A stretch of 64,000 nucleotides of DNA, taken from Eledone cirrhosa. Lineage: Eukaryota. The translations under genes and the position numbers were made by a program. How positions within the stretch are numbered: the first letter of the stretch is position 1; each line of letters begins with the position of its first letter. Below are positions 26,671-41,574 of this stretch, in pieces. The notes below the pieces were generated by a model that worked only from the letters and a program-made list of their open reading frames with translations, did not search any database and was not told the DNA's origin. Location of the stretch: positions 39,370,001-39,434,000 of the forward strand of contig OZ024748.1 of the NCBI GenBank assembly GCA_964016885.1. Reading direction: 5' to 3'.

Positions 26671-29600
26671 CCATATTTCTAATGAAAGTCACTGTCTATT
26701 TCATTAACCCTTTCATTACCATATTTCTAATGAAAGACACTGTCTATGTCATTACCCCTTTCATTATCATATTTCTAATGAAAGGCACTGTCTATGTCAT
26801 TAACCCTTTCATTACCATATTTCTAATGAAAGCCACTGTCTATGTCATTAACCCTTTCATTACCATATTTCTAATGAAAGTCACTGTCTATGTCATTAAC
26901 CCTTTCATTACCATACTTCTAATGAAAGACAGTCTGTCTATTTCATTAACCCTTTCATTACCATATTTCTAATGAAAGACACTGTCTATGTCATTAACCC
27001 TTTCATTACCATATTTCTAATGAAAGTCACTGTCTATGTCATTAACCCTTTCATTACAATATTTCTAATGAAAGTCACTGTTTATGTCATTAACCCTTTC
27101 ATTACCATATTTCTAATGAAAGACACTGTCTATTTCATTAACCCTTTCATTACCATATTTCTAATGAAAGACACTGTCTATTTCATTAACCCTTTCATTA
27201 CCATATTTCTAATGAAAGTCACAGTCTATGTCATTAATCCTTTCATTACCATATTTCTAATGAAAGTCACTGTCTATGTCATTAACCCTTTCATTACCAT
27301 ATTTCTAATGAAAGACACTGTCTATGTGATTAACCCTGTCATTACCATATTTCTAATGAAAGTTACTGTCTATGTCAGTAACCCTGTCATTACCATATTT
27401 CCAATGAAAGTCACTGTCTATGTCATTAACCCTTTCATTACCATATTTCTAATGAAAGATACTGTCTATGTGATTAACCCTGTCGTTACCATATTTCTAA
27501 TGAAAGTTACTGTCTATGTGATTAACCCTGTCGTTACCATATTTCTAATGAAAGATACTGTCTATGTGATTAACCCCGTCGTTACCATATTTCTAATGAA
27601 AGTCACAGTCTATGTCATTAATCCTTTCATTACCATATTTCTAATGAAAGATACTGTCTATGTGATTAACCCTGTCGTTACCATATTTCTAATGAAAGTT
27701 ACTGTCTATGTGATTAACCCTGTCGTTACCATATTTCTAATGAAAGATACTGTCTATGTGATTAACCCCGTCGTTACCATATTTCTAATGAAAGTCACAG
27801 TCTATGTCATTAAACCTTTCGTTACCATATTTCTAATGAAAGTCACTGTCTATGTCATTAACCCTTTCATTACCATATTTCTAATGAAAGACACATTCTA
27901 TGTCATTAATCCTTTCATTACCATATTTCTAATGGAAGTCACTGTCTATGTCATTAACCCTTTCATTACCATATTTCTAATGAAAGTCACTGTCTATGTC
28001 ATTAACCCTTTCATTACCATATTTCTAATGAAAGTCACTGTCTATGTCATTAACCCTTTCATTTCCATATTTCTAATGAAAGACACAGTCTATGTCATTA
28101 ATCCTTTCATTACCATATTTCTAATGAAAGTCACTGTCTATGTCATTAACCCTTTCATTACCATATTTGTAATAAAAGTCACTGTCTATTTAATTAACCC
28201 TTTCATTACCATATTTCTAATGAAAGACACTGTCTATGTCATTAACCCTTTCATTACCATAGTTCTAATGAAAGACACTGTCTATGTGATTAACCCTTTC
28301 ATTACCATATTTCTAATGAAAGACACTGTCTATTTCATTAACCCTTTCATTACCATATTTCTAATGAAAGACACTGTCTATTTCATTAACCCTTTCATTA
28401 CCATATTTCTAATGAAAGTCACTGTCTATGTCATTAACCCTTTCATTACCATATTTCTAATGAAAGACACTGTCTATGTGATTAACCCTGTCGTTACCAT
28501 ATTTCTAATGAAAGTCACTGTCTATTTCATTAACCCTTTCATTACCATATTTCTAATGAAAGACACTGTCTATGTCATTACCCCTTTCATTATCATATTT
28601 CTAATGAAAGGCACTGTCTATGTCATTAACCCTTTCATTACCATATTTCTAATGAAAGCCACTGTCTATGTCATTAACCCTTTCATTACCATATTTCTAA
28701 TGAAAGTCACTGTCTATGTCATTAACCCTTTCATTACCATATTTCTAATGAAAGACAGTCTGTCTATTTCATTAACCCTTTCATTACCATATTTCTAATG
28801 AAAGACACTGTCTATGTCATTAACCCTTTCATTACCATATTTCTAATGAAAGTCACTGTCTATGTCATTAACCCTTTCATTACAATATTTCTAATGAAAG
28901 TCACTGTTTATGTCATTAACCCTTTCATTACCATATTTCTAATGAAAGACACTGTCTATTTCATTAACCCTTTCATTACCATATTTCTAATGAAAGACAC
29001 TGTCTATTTCATTAACCCTTTCATTACCATATTTCTAATGAAAGTCACAGTCTATGTCATTAATCCTTTCATTACCATATTTCTAATGAAAGTCACTGTC
29101 TATGTCATTAACCCTTTCATTACCATATTTCTAATGAAAGACACTGTCTATGTGATTAACCCTGTCATTACCATATTTCTAATGAAAGTTACTGTCTATG
29201 TCAGTAACCCTGTCATTACCATATTTCCAATGAAAGTCACTGTCTATGTCATTAACCCTTTCATTACCATATTTCTAATGAAAGATACTGTCTATGTGAT
29301 TAACCCTGTCGTTACCATATTTCTAATGAAAGTTACTGTCTATGTGATTAACCCTGTCGTTACCATATTTCTAATGAAAGATACTGTCTATGTGATTAAC
29401 CCCGTCGTTACCATATTTCTAATGAAAGTCACAGTCTATGTCATTAATCCTTTCATTACCATATTTCTAATGAAAGTCACTGTCTATGTCATTAACCCTT
29501 TCATTACCATATTTCTAATGAAAGACACTGTCTATGTGATTAACCCTGTCATTACCATATTTCTAATGAAAGTTACTGTCTATGTCAGTAACCCTGTCAT

Positions 29601-32600
29601 TGCCATATTTCCAATGAAAGTCACTGTCTATGTCATTAACCCTTTCATTACCATATTTCTAATGAAAGATACTGTCTATGTGATTAACCCTGTCGTTACC
29701 ATATTTCTAATGAAAGTTACTGTCTATGTGATTAACCCTGTCATTACCATATTTCTAATGAAAGACACTGTCTATGTCATTAACCCTTTCATTACCATAT
29801 TTCTAATGAAAGACACTGTCTATTTCATTAACCCTTTCATTACCATATTTCTAATGAAAGACACTGTCTATGTCATTAACCCTTTCATTACCATATTTCT
29901 AATGAAAGACACTGTCTATGTCATTAACCCTTTCATTACCATATTTCTAATGAAAGTCACTGTCTATGTCATTAACCCTTTCATTACCATATTGCTAATG
30001 AAAGACACTGTCTATGTCATTAACCCTTTCATTACCATATTTCTAATGAAAGTCACTGTCTATGTCATTAACCCTTTCATTACCATATTTCTAATGAAAG
30101 TCACTGTCTATGTCATTAACCCTTTCATTACCATATTTCTAATGAAAGTCACTGTCTATGTCATTAACCCTTTCATTACCATATTTCTAATGAAAGAGAC
30201 ATTCTATGTCATTAATCCTTTCATTACCATATTTCTAATGGAAGTCACTGTCTATGTCAGTAACCCTGTCATTACCATATTTCTAATGAAAGACACTGTC
30301 TATGTCATTAACCCTTTCATTACCATATTTCTGAGAATGTCTATTTCATTAACCCTTTCATGACCATATTTCTAATGAAAGACACTGTCTATGTCATTAA
30401 CCCTTTCATTACAATATTTCTAATGAAAGTCACTGTCTATGTCATTAACCCTTTCATTACCATATTTCTAATGAAAGTCACTGTCTATGTCATTAACCCT
30501 TTCATTACGATATTTCTAATGAAAGACATATTCTATGTCATTAATCCTTTCATTACCATATTTCTAATGAAAGTCACTGTCTATGTCATTACCCCTTTCA
30601 TTACCATATTTCTAATGAAAGACACAGTCTATGTCATTAATCCTTTCATTACCATATTTCTAATGAAAGTCACTGTCTATGTCATTAACCCTTTCATTAC
30701 CATATTTCTAATGAAAGACACTGTCTATGTGATTAATCCTGTCATTACCATATTTCTAATGAAAGTCACTGTCTATGTGATTAACCCTGTCATTACCATA
30801 TTTCTAATGAAAGTCACAGTCTATGTCATTAATCCTTTCATTACCATATTTCTAATGAAAGTCACTGTCTATGTCATTAACCCTTTCATTACCATATTTC
30901 TAATGAAAGACACTGTCTATGTGATTAACCCTGTCATTACCATATTTCTAATGAAAGTCACAGTCTATGTCATTAATCCTTTCATTACCATATTTCTAAT
31001 GAAAGTCACTGTCTATGTCATTAACCCTTTCATTACCATATTTCTAATGAAAGACACTGTCTATGTGATTAATCCTGTCATTACCATATTTCTAATGAAA
31101 GTCACTGTTTATGTCATTAACCCTGTCATTACCATATTTCTAATGAAAGTCACTGTCTATGTCATTAACCCTTTCATTACCATATTTCTAATGAAAGACA
31201 CTGTCTATGTCATTAACCCTTTCATTACCATATTTCTAATGAAAGTCACTGTCTATGTCATTAACCCTTTCATTACCATATTTCTAATGAAAGTCACTGT
31301 CTATGTCATTAACCCTTTCATTACCATATTTCTAATGAAAGTCACTGTCTATGTCATTAATCCTTTCATTACCATATTTCTAATGAAAGGCACTGTCTAT
31401 GTCATTAACCCTTTCATTACCATATTTCTAATGAAAGGCACTGTCTATGTCATTAACCCTTTCATTACCATATTTCTAATGAAAGTCACTGTCTATGTCA
31501 TTAATCCTTTCATTACCATATTTCTAATGAAAGGCACTGTCTATGTCATTAACCCTTTCATTACCATATTTCTAATGAAAGCCACTGTCTATGTCATTAA
31601 CCCTTTCATTACCATATTTCTAATGAAAGTCACTGTCTATGTCATTAACCCTTTCATTACCATATTTCTAATGAAAGACAGTCTGTCTATTTCATTAACC
31701 CTTTCATTACCATATTTCTAATGAAAGACACTGTCTATGTCATTAACCCTTTCATTACCATATTTCTAATGAAAGTCACTGTCTATGTCATTAACCCTTT
31801 CATTACAATATTTCTAATGAAAGTCACTGTTTATGTCATTAACCCTTTCATTACCATATTTCTAATGAAAGACACTGTCTATTTCATTAACCCTTTCATT
31901 ACCATATTTCTAATGAAAGACACTGTCTATTTCATTAACCCTTTCATTACCATATTTCTAATGAAAGTCACAGTCTATGTCATTAATCCTTTCATTACCA
32001 TATTTCTAATGAAAGTCACTGTCTATGTCATTAACCCTTTCATTACCATATTTCTAATGAAAGACACTGTCTATGTGATTAACCCTGTCATTACCATATT
32101 TCTAATGAAAGTTACTGTCTATGTCAGTAACCCTGTCATTACCATATTTCCAATGAAAGTCACTGTCTATGTCATTAACCCTTTCATTACCATATTTCTA
32201 ATGAAAGATACTGTCTATGTGATTAACCCTGTCGTTACCATATTTCTAATGAAAGTTACTGTCTATGTGATTAACCCTGTCGTTACCATATTTCTAATGA
32301 AAGATACTGTCTATGTGATTAACCCCGTCGTTACCATATTTCTAATGAAAGTCACAGTCTATGTCATTAATCCTTTCATTACCATATTTCTAATGAAAGT
32401 CACTGTCTATGTCATTAACCCTTTCATTACCATATTTCTAATGAAAGACACTGTCTATGTGATTAACCCTGTCATTACCATATTTCTAATGAAAGTTACT
32501 GTCTATGTCAGTAACCCTGTCATTGCCATATTTCCAATGAAAGTCACTGTCTATGTCATTAACCCTTTCATTACCATATTTCTAATGAAAGATACTGTCT

Positions 32601-34650
32601 ATGTGATTAACCCTGTCGTTACCATATTTCTAATGAAAGTTACTGTCTATGTGATTAACCCTGTCGTTACCATATTTCTAATGAAAGATACTGTCTATGA
32701 GATTAACCCTGTCGTTACCATATTTCTAATGAAAGTCACAGTCTATGTCATTAATCCTTTCATTACCATATTTCTAATGAAAGTCACTGTCTATGTCATT
32801 AACCCTTTCATTACCATACTTCTAATGAAAGATACTGTCTATGTGATTAACCCTGTCGTTACCATATTTCTAATGAAAGTTACTGTCTATGTCAGTAACC
32901 CTGTCATTACCATATTTCTAATGAAAGACACTGTCTATGTCATTAACCCTTTCATTACCATATTTCTAATGAAAGACACTGTCTATTTCATTAACCCTTT
33001 CATTACCATATTTCTAATGAAAGACACTGTCTATGTCATTAACCCTTTCATTACCATATTTCTAATGAAAGACACTGTCTATGTCATTAACCCTTTCATT
33101 ACCATATTTCTAATGAAAGTCACTGTCGATGTCATTAACCCTTTCATTACCATGTTGCTAATGAAAGACACTGTCTATGTCATTAACCCTTTCATTACCA
33201 TATTTCTAATGAAAGTCACTGTCTATGTCATTAACCCTTTCATTACCATATTTCTAATGAAAGTCACTGTCTATGTCATTAACCCTTTCATTACCATATT
33301 TCTAATGAAAGAGACATTCTATGTCATTAATCCTTTCATTACCATATTTCTAATGGAAGTCACTGTCTATGTCAGTAACCCTGTCATTACCATATTTCTA
33401 ATGAAAGACACTGTCTATGTCATTAACCCTTTCATTACCATATTTCTGAGAATGTCTATTTCATTAACCCTTTCATGACCATATTTCTAATGAAAGACAC
33501 TGTCTATGTCATTAACCCTTTCATTACAATATTTCTAATGAAAGTCACTGTCTATGTCATTAACCCTTTCATTACCATATTTCTAATGAAAGTCACTGTC
33601 TATGTCATTAACCCTTTCATTACGATATTTCTAATGAAAGACATATTCTATGTCATTAATCCTTTCATTACCATATTTCTAATGAAAGTCACTGTCTATG
33701 TCATTACCCCTTTCATTACCATATTTCTAATGAAAGACACAGTCTATGTCATTAATCCTTTCATTACCATATTTCTAATGAAAGTCACTGTCTATGTCAT
33801 TAACCCTTTCATTACCATATTTCTAATGAAAGACACTGTCTATGTGATTAATCCTGTCATTACCATATTTCTAATGAAAGTCACTGTCTATGTGATTAAC
33901 CCTGTCATTACCATATTTCTAATGAAAGTCACAGTCTATGTCATTAATCCTTTCATTACCATATTTCTAATGAAAGTCACTGTCTATGTCATTAACCCTT
34001 TCATTACCATATTTCTAATGAAAGACACTGTCTATGTGATTAACCCTGTCATTACCATATTTCTAATGAAAGTCACAGTCTATGTCATTAATCCTTTCAT
34101 TACCATATTTCTAATGAAAATCACTGTCTATGTCATTAACCCTTTCATTACCATATTTCTAATGAAAGACACTGTCTATGTGATTAATCCTGTCATTACC
34201 ATATTTCTAATGAAAGTCACTGTTTATGTCATTAACCCTGTCATTACCATATTTCTAATGAAAGTCACTGTCTATGTCATTAACCCTTTCATTACCATAT
34301 TTCTAATGAAAGACACTGTCTATGTCATTAACCCTTTCATTACTATATTTCTAATGAAAGTCACTGTCTATGTCATTAACCCTTTCATTACCATATTTCT
34401 AATGAAAGTCACTGTCTATGTCATTAACCCTTTCATTACCATATTTCTAATGAAAGTCACTGTCTATGTCATTAATCCTTTCATTACCATATTTCTAATG
34501 AAAGGCACTGTCTATGTCATTAACCCTTTCATTACCATATTTCTAATGAAAGGCACTGTCTATGTCATTAACCCTTTCATTACCATATTTCTAATGAAAG
34601 TCACTGTCTATGTCATTAACCCTTTCATTACCATATTTCTAATGAAAGAC
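25990..34650. repeat. Nested duplications with 1826-bp and 2923/3115-bp offsets
   Basis: TTGTAATAAA at 26341 and 28167 (1826); TGCCATATTTCC at 29601 and 32524 (2923); GAGACATTC at 30196 and 33311 (3115). Confidence 0.82.
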
Positions 34651-37600
34651 AGTCTATGTCATTAACCCTTTCATTACCATATTTCTGAGACTGTCTATTT
34701 CATTAACCCTTTCATTACCATATTTCTAATGAAAGACACTGTCTATGTCATTAACCCTTTCATTACCATATTTCTAATGAAAGTCACTGTCTATGTCATT
34801 AACCCTTTCATTACCATATTTCTAATGAAAGTCACTGTCTATGTCATTAACCCTTTCATTACCATATTTCTAATGAAAGTCACTGTCTATGTCATTAACC
34901 CTTTCATTACCATATTTCTAATGAAAGACAGTCTATGTCATTAACCCTTTCATTACCATATTTCTGAGACTGTCTATTTCATTAACCCTTTCATTACCAT
35001 ATTTCTAATGAAAGACACTGTCTATGTCATTAACCCTTTCATTACCATATTTCTAATGAAAGTCACTGTCTATGTCATTAACCCTTTCATTACCATATTT
35101 CTAATGAAAGACACTGTCTATGTCATTAACCCTTTCATTACCATATTTCTGAGACTGTCTATTTCATTAACCCTTTCATTACCATATTTCTAATGAAAGA
35201 CACTGTCTATGTCATTAACCCTTTCATTACAATATTTCTAATGAAAGTCACTGTTTATGTCATTAACCCTTTCATTACCATATTTCTAATGAAAGTCACT
35301 GTCTATGTCATTAACCCTTTCATTACCATATTGCTAATGAAAGACACTGTCTATGTCATTAACCCTTTCATTACCATATTTCTAATGATAGTCACTGTCT
35401 ATGTCATTAACCCTTTCATTACCATATTTCTAATGAAAGGCACTGTCTATGTCATTAACCCTTTCATTACCATATTTCTAATGAAAGCCACTGTCTATGT
35501 CATTAACCCTTTCATTACCATATTTCTAATGAAAGTCACTGTCTATGTCATTAACCCTTTCATTACCATATTTCTAATGAAAGACAGTCTGTCTATTTCA
35601 TTAACCCTTTCATTACCATATTTCTAATGAAAGACACTGTCTATGTCATTAACCCTTTCATTACCATATTTCTAATGAAAGTCACTGTCTATGTCATTAA
35701 CCCTTTCATTACAATATTTCTAATGAAAGTCACTGTTTATGTCATTAACCCTTTCATTACCATATTTCTAATGAAAGACACTGTCTATTTCATTAACCCT
35801 TTCATTACCATATTTCTAATGAAAGTCACTGTCTATGTCATTAATCCTTTCATTACCATATTTCTAATGAAAGGCACTGTCTATGTCATTAACCCTTTCA
35901 TTACCATATTTCTAATGAAAGCCACTGTCTATGTCATTAACCCTTTCATTACCATATTTCTAATGAAAGTCACTGTCTATGTCATTAACCCTTTCATTAC
36001 CATATTTCTAATGAAAGACAGTCTGTCTATTTCATTAACCCTTTCATTACCATATTTCTAATGAAAGACACTGTCTATGTCATTAACCCTTTCATTACCA
36101 TATTTCTAATGAAAGTCACTGTCTATGTCATTAACCCTTTCATTACAATATTTCTAATGAAAGTCACTGTTTATGTCATTAACCCTTTCATTACCATATT
36201 TCTAATGAAAGACACTGTCTATTTCATTAACCCTTTCATTACCATATTTCTAATGAAAGACACTGTCTATTTCATTAACCCTTTCATTACCATATTTCTA
36301 ATGAAAGTCACAGTCTATGTCATTAATCCTTTCATTACCATATTTCTAATGAAAGTCACTGTCTATGTCATTAACCCTTTCATTACCATATTTCTAATGA
36401 AAGACACTGTCTATGTGATTAACCCTGTCATTACCATATTTCTAATGAAAGTTACTGTCTATGTCAGTAACCCTGTCATTACCATATTTCCAATGAAAGT
36501 CACTGTCTATGTCATTAACCCTTTCATTACCATATTTCTAATGAAAGATACTGTCTATGTGATTAACCCTGTCGTTACCATATTTCTAATGAAAGTTACT
36601 GTCTATGTGATTAACCCTGTCGTTACCATATTTCTAATGAAAGATACTGTCTATGTGATTAACCCTGTCGTTACCATATTTCTAATGAAAGTCACAGTCT
36701 ATGTCATTAATCCTTTCATTACCATATTTCTTATGAAAGTCACTGTCTATGTCATTAACCCTTTCATTACCATACTTCTAATGAAAGATACTGTCTATGT
36801 GATTAACCCTGTCGTTACCATATTTCTAATGAAAGTTACCTGTCTATGTCAGTAACCCTGTCATTACCATATTTCTAATGAAAGACACTGTCTATGTCAT
36901 TAACCCTTTCATTACCATATTTCTAATGAAAGACACTGTCTATTTCATTAACCCTTTCATTACCATATTTCTAATGAAAGACACTGTCTATGTCATTAAC
37001 CCTTTCATTACCATATTTCTAATGAAAGACACTGTCTATGTCATTAACCCTTTCATTACCATATTTCTAATGAAAGTCACTGTCTATGTCATTAACCCTT
37101 TCATTACCATATTGCTAATGAAAGACACTGTCTATGTCATTAACCCTTTCATTACCATATTTCTAATGAAAGTCACTGTCTATGTCATTAACCCTTTCAT
37201 TACCATATTTCTAATGAAAGTCACTGTCTATGTCATTAACCCTTTCATTACCATATTTCTAATGAAAGTCACTGTCTATGTCATTAACCCTTTCATTACC
37301 ATATTTCTAATGAAAGTCACTGTTTATGTCATTAACCCTGTCATTACCATATTTCTGAGAATGTCTATTTCATTAACCCTTTCATGACCATATTTCTAAT
37401 GAAAGACACAGTCTATGTCATTAATCCTTTCATTACCATATTTCTAATGGAAGTCACTGTCTATGTCAGTAACCCTGTCATTACCATATTTCTAATGAAA
37501 GACACTGTCTATGTCATTAACCCTTTCATTACCATATTTCTGAGAATGTCTATTTCATTAACCCTTTCATGACCATATTTCTAATGAAAGACACTGTCTA

Positions 37601-40600
37601 TGTCATTAACCCTTTCATTACAATATTTCTAATGAAAGTCACTGTCTATGTCATTAACCCTTTCATTACCATATTTCTAATGAAAGTCACTGTCTATGTC
37701 ATTAACCCTTTCATTACGATATTTCTAATGAAAGACATAGTCTATGTCATTAATCCTTTCATTACCATATTTCTAATGAAAGTCACTGTCTATGTCATTA
37801 CCCCTTTCATTACCATATTTCTAATGAAAGACACAGTCTATGTCATTAATCCTTTCATTACCATATTTCTAATGAAAGTCACTGTCTATGTCATTAACCC
37901 TTTCATTACCATATTTCTAATGAAAGACACTGTCTATGTGATTAATCCTGTCATTACCATATTTCTAATGAAAGTCACTGTTTATGTCATTAACCCTGTC
38001 ATTACCATATTTCTAATGAAAGTCACTGTCTATGTCATTAACCCTTTCATTACCATATTTCTAATGAAAGACACTGTCTATGTCATTAACCCTTTCATTA
38101 CCATATTTCTAATGAAAGTCACTGTCTATGTCATTAACCCTTTCATTACCATATTTCTAATGAAAGTCACTGTCTATGTCATTAACCCTTTCATTACCAT
38201 ATTTCTAATGAAAGTCACTGTCTATGTAATTAATCCTTTCATTACCATATTTCTAATGAAAGGCACTGTCTATGTCATTAACCCTTTCATTACCATATTT
38301 CTAATGAAAGGCACTGTCTATGTCATTAACCCTTTCATTACCATATTTCTAATGAAAGTCACTGTCTATGTCATTAACCCTTTCATTACCATATTTCTAA
38401 TGAAAGACAGTCTATGTCATTAACCCTTTCATTACCATATTTCTGAGACTGTCTATTTCATTAACCCTTTCATTACCATATTTCTAATGAAAGACACTGT
38501 CTATGTCATTAACCCTTTCATTACCATATTTCTAATGAAAGTCACTGTCTATGTCATTAACCCTTTCATTACCATATTTCTAATGAAAGTCACTGTCTAT
38601 GTCATTAACCCTTTCATTACCATATTTCTAATGAAAGTCACTGTCTATGTCATTAACCCTTTCATTACCATATTTCTAATGAAAGACAGTCTATGTCATT
38701 AACCCTTTCATTACCATATTTCTGAGACTGTCTATTTCATTAACCCTTTCATTACCATATTTCTAATGAAAGACACTGTCTATGTTATTAACCCTTTCAT
38801 TACCATATTTCTAATGAAAGTCACTGTCTATGTCATTAACCCTTTCATTACCATATTTCTAATGAAAGTCACTGTCTATGTCATTAACCCTTTCATTACA
38901 ATATTTCTAATGAAAGTCACTGTTTATGTCATTAACCCTTTCATTACCATATTTCTAATGAAAGACACTGTCTATTTCATTAACCCTTTCATTACCATAT
39001 TTCTAATGAAAGTCACTGTCTATGTCATTAATCCTTTCATTACCATATTTCTAATGAAAGGCACTGTCTATGTCATTAACCCTTTCATTACCATATTTCT
39101 AATGAAAGCCACTGTCTATGTCATTAACCCTTTCATTACCATATTTCTAATGAAAGTCACTGTCTATGTCATTAACCCTTTCATTACCATATTTCTAATG
39201 AAAGACAGTCTGTCTATTTCATTAACCCTTTCATTACCATATTTCTAATGAAAGACACTGTCTATGTCATTAACCCTTTCATTACCATATTTATAATGAA
39301 ATTCACTGTCTATGTCATTAACCCTTTCATTACAATATTTCTAATGAAAGTCACTGTTTATGTCATTAACCCTTTCATTACCATATTTCTAATGAAAGAC
39401 ACTGTCTATTTCATTAACCCTTTCATTACCATATTTCTAATGAAAGACACTGTCTATTTCATTAACCCTTTCATTACCATATTTCTAATGAAAGTCACAG
39501 TCTATGTCATTAATCCTTTCATTACCATATTTCTAATGAAAGTCACTGTCTATGTCATTAACCCTTTCATTACCATATTTCTAATGAAAGACACTGTCTA
39601 TGTGATTAACCCTGTCGTTACCATATTTCTAATGAAAGTTACTGTCTATGTGATTAACCCTGTCGTTACCATATTTCTAATGAAAGATACTGTCTATGTG
39701 ATTAACCCTGTCGTTACCATATTTCTAATGAAAGTCACAGTCTATGTCATTAATCCTTTCATTACCATATTTCTAATGAAAGTCACTGTCTATGTCATTA
39801 ACCCTTTCATTACCATACTTCTAATGAAAGATACTGTCTATGTGATTAACCCTGTCGTTACCATATTTCTAATGAAAGTTACTGTCTATGTCAGTAACCC
39901 TGTCATTACCATATTTCTAATGAAAGACACTGTCTATGTCATTAACCCTTTCATTACCATATTTCTAATGAAAGACACTGTCTATTTCATTAACCCTTTC
40001 ATTACCATATTTCTAATGAAAGACACTGTCTATGTCATTAACCCTTTCATTACCATATTTCTAATGAAAGACACTGTCTATGTCATTAACCCTTTCATTA
40101 CCATATTTCTAATGAAAGTCACTGTCTATGTCATTAACCCTTTCATTACCATATTGCTAATGAAAGACACTGTCTATGTCATTAACCCTTTCATTACCAT
40201 ATTTCTAATGAAAGTCACTGTCTATGTCATTAACCCTTTCATTACCATATTTCTAATGAAAGTCACTGTCTATGTCATTAACCATTTCATTACCATATTT
40301 CTAATGAAAGTCACTGTCTATGTCATTAACCCTTTCATTACCATATTTCTAATGAAAGACACATTCTATGTCATTAATCCTTTCATTACCATATTTCTAA
40401 TGGAAGTCACTGTCTATGTCAGTAACCCTGTCATTACCATATTTCTAATGAAAGACACTGTCTATGTCATTAACCCTTTCATTACCATATTTCTGAGAAT
40501 GTCTATTTCATTAACCCTTTCATTACAATATTTCTAATGAAAGTCACTGTCTATGTCATTAACCCTTTCATTACCATATTTCTAATGAAAGTCACTGTCT

Positions 40601-41574
40601 ATGTCATTAACCCTTTCATTACGATATTTCTAATGAAAGACATAGTCTATGTCATTAATCCTTTCATTACCATATTTCTAATGAAAGTCACTGTCTATGT
40701 CATTACCCCTTTCATTACCATATTTCTAATGAAAGACACTGTCTATGTGATTAATCCTGTCATTACCATATTTCTAATGAAAGTCACTGTTTATGTCATT
40801 AACCCTGTCATTACCATATTTCTAATGAAAGTCACTGTCTATGTCATTAACCCTTTCATTACCATATTTCTAATGAAAGACACTGTCTATGTCATTAACC
40901 CTTTCATTACCATATTTCTAATGAAAGTCACTGTCTATGTCATTAACCCTTTCATTACCATATTTCTAATGAAAGTCACTGTCTATGTCATTAACCCTTT
41001 CATTACCATATTTCTAATGAAAGTCACTGTCTATGTAATTAATCCTTTCATTACCATATTTCTAATGAAAGGCACTGTCTATGTCATTAACCCTTTCATT
41101 ACCATATTTCTAATGAAAGGCACTGTCTATGTCATTAACCCTTTCATTACCATATTTCTAATGAAAGTCACTGTCTATGTCATTAACCCTTTCATTACCA
41201 TATTTCTAATGAAAGACAGTCTATGTCATTAACCCTTTCATTACCATATTTCTGAGACTGTCTATTTCATTAACCCTTTCATTACCATATTTCTAATGAA
41301 AGACACTGTCTATGTCATTAACCCTTTCAATACCATATTTCTAATGAAAGTCACTGTCTATGTCATTAACCCTTTCATTACCATATTTCTAATGAAAGTC
41401 ACTGTCTATGTCATTAACCCTTTCATTACCATATTTCTAATGAAAGTCACTGTCTATGTCATTAACCCTTTCATTACCATATTTCTAATGAAAGACAGTC
41501 TATGTCATTAACCCTTTCATTACCATATTTCTGAGACTGTCTATTTCATTAACCCTTTCATTACCATATTTCTA

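Noticed and set aside
36835-36845. Single 1-bp insertion GTTACCTGTC (and ATTTGCC at about 52507) as meaningful frameshifts
   Set aside because: Both are singletons absent from paralogous blocks and cannot be distinguished from sequencing error without reads.
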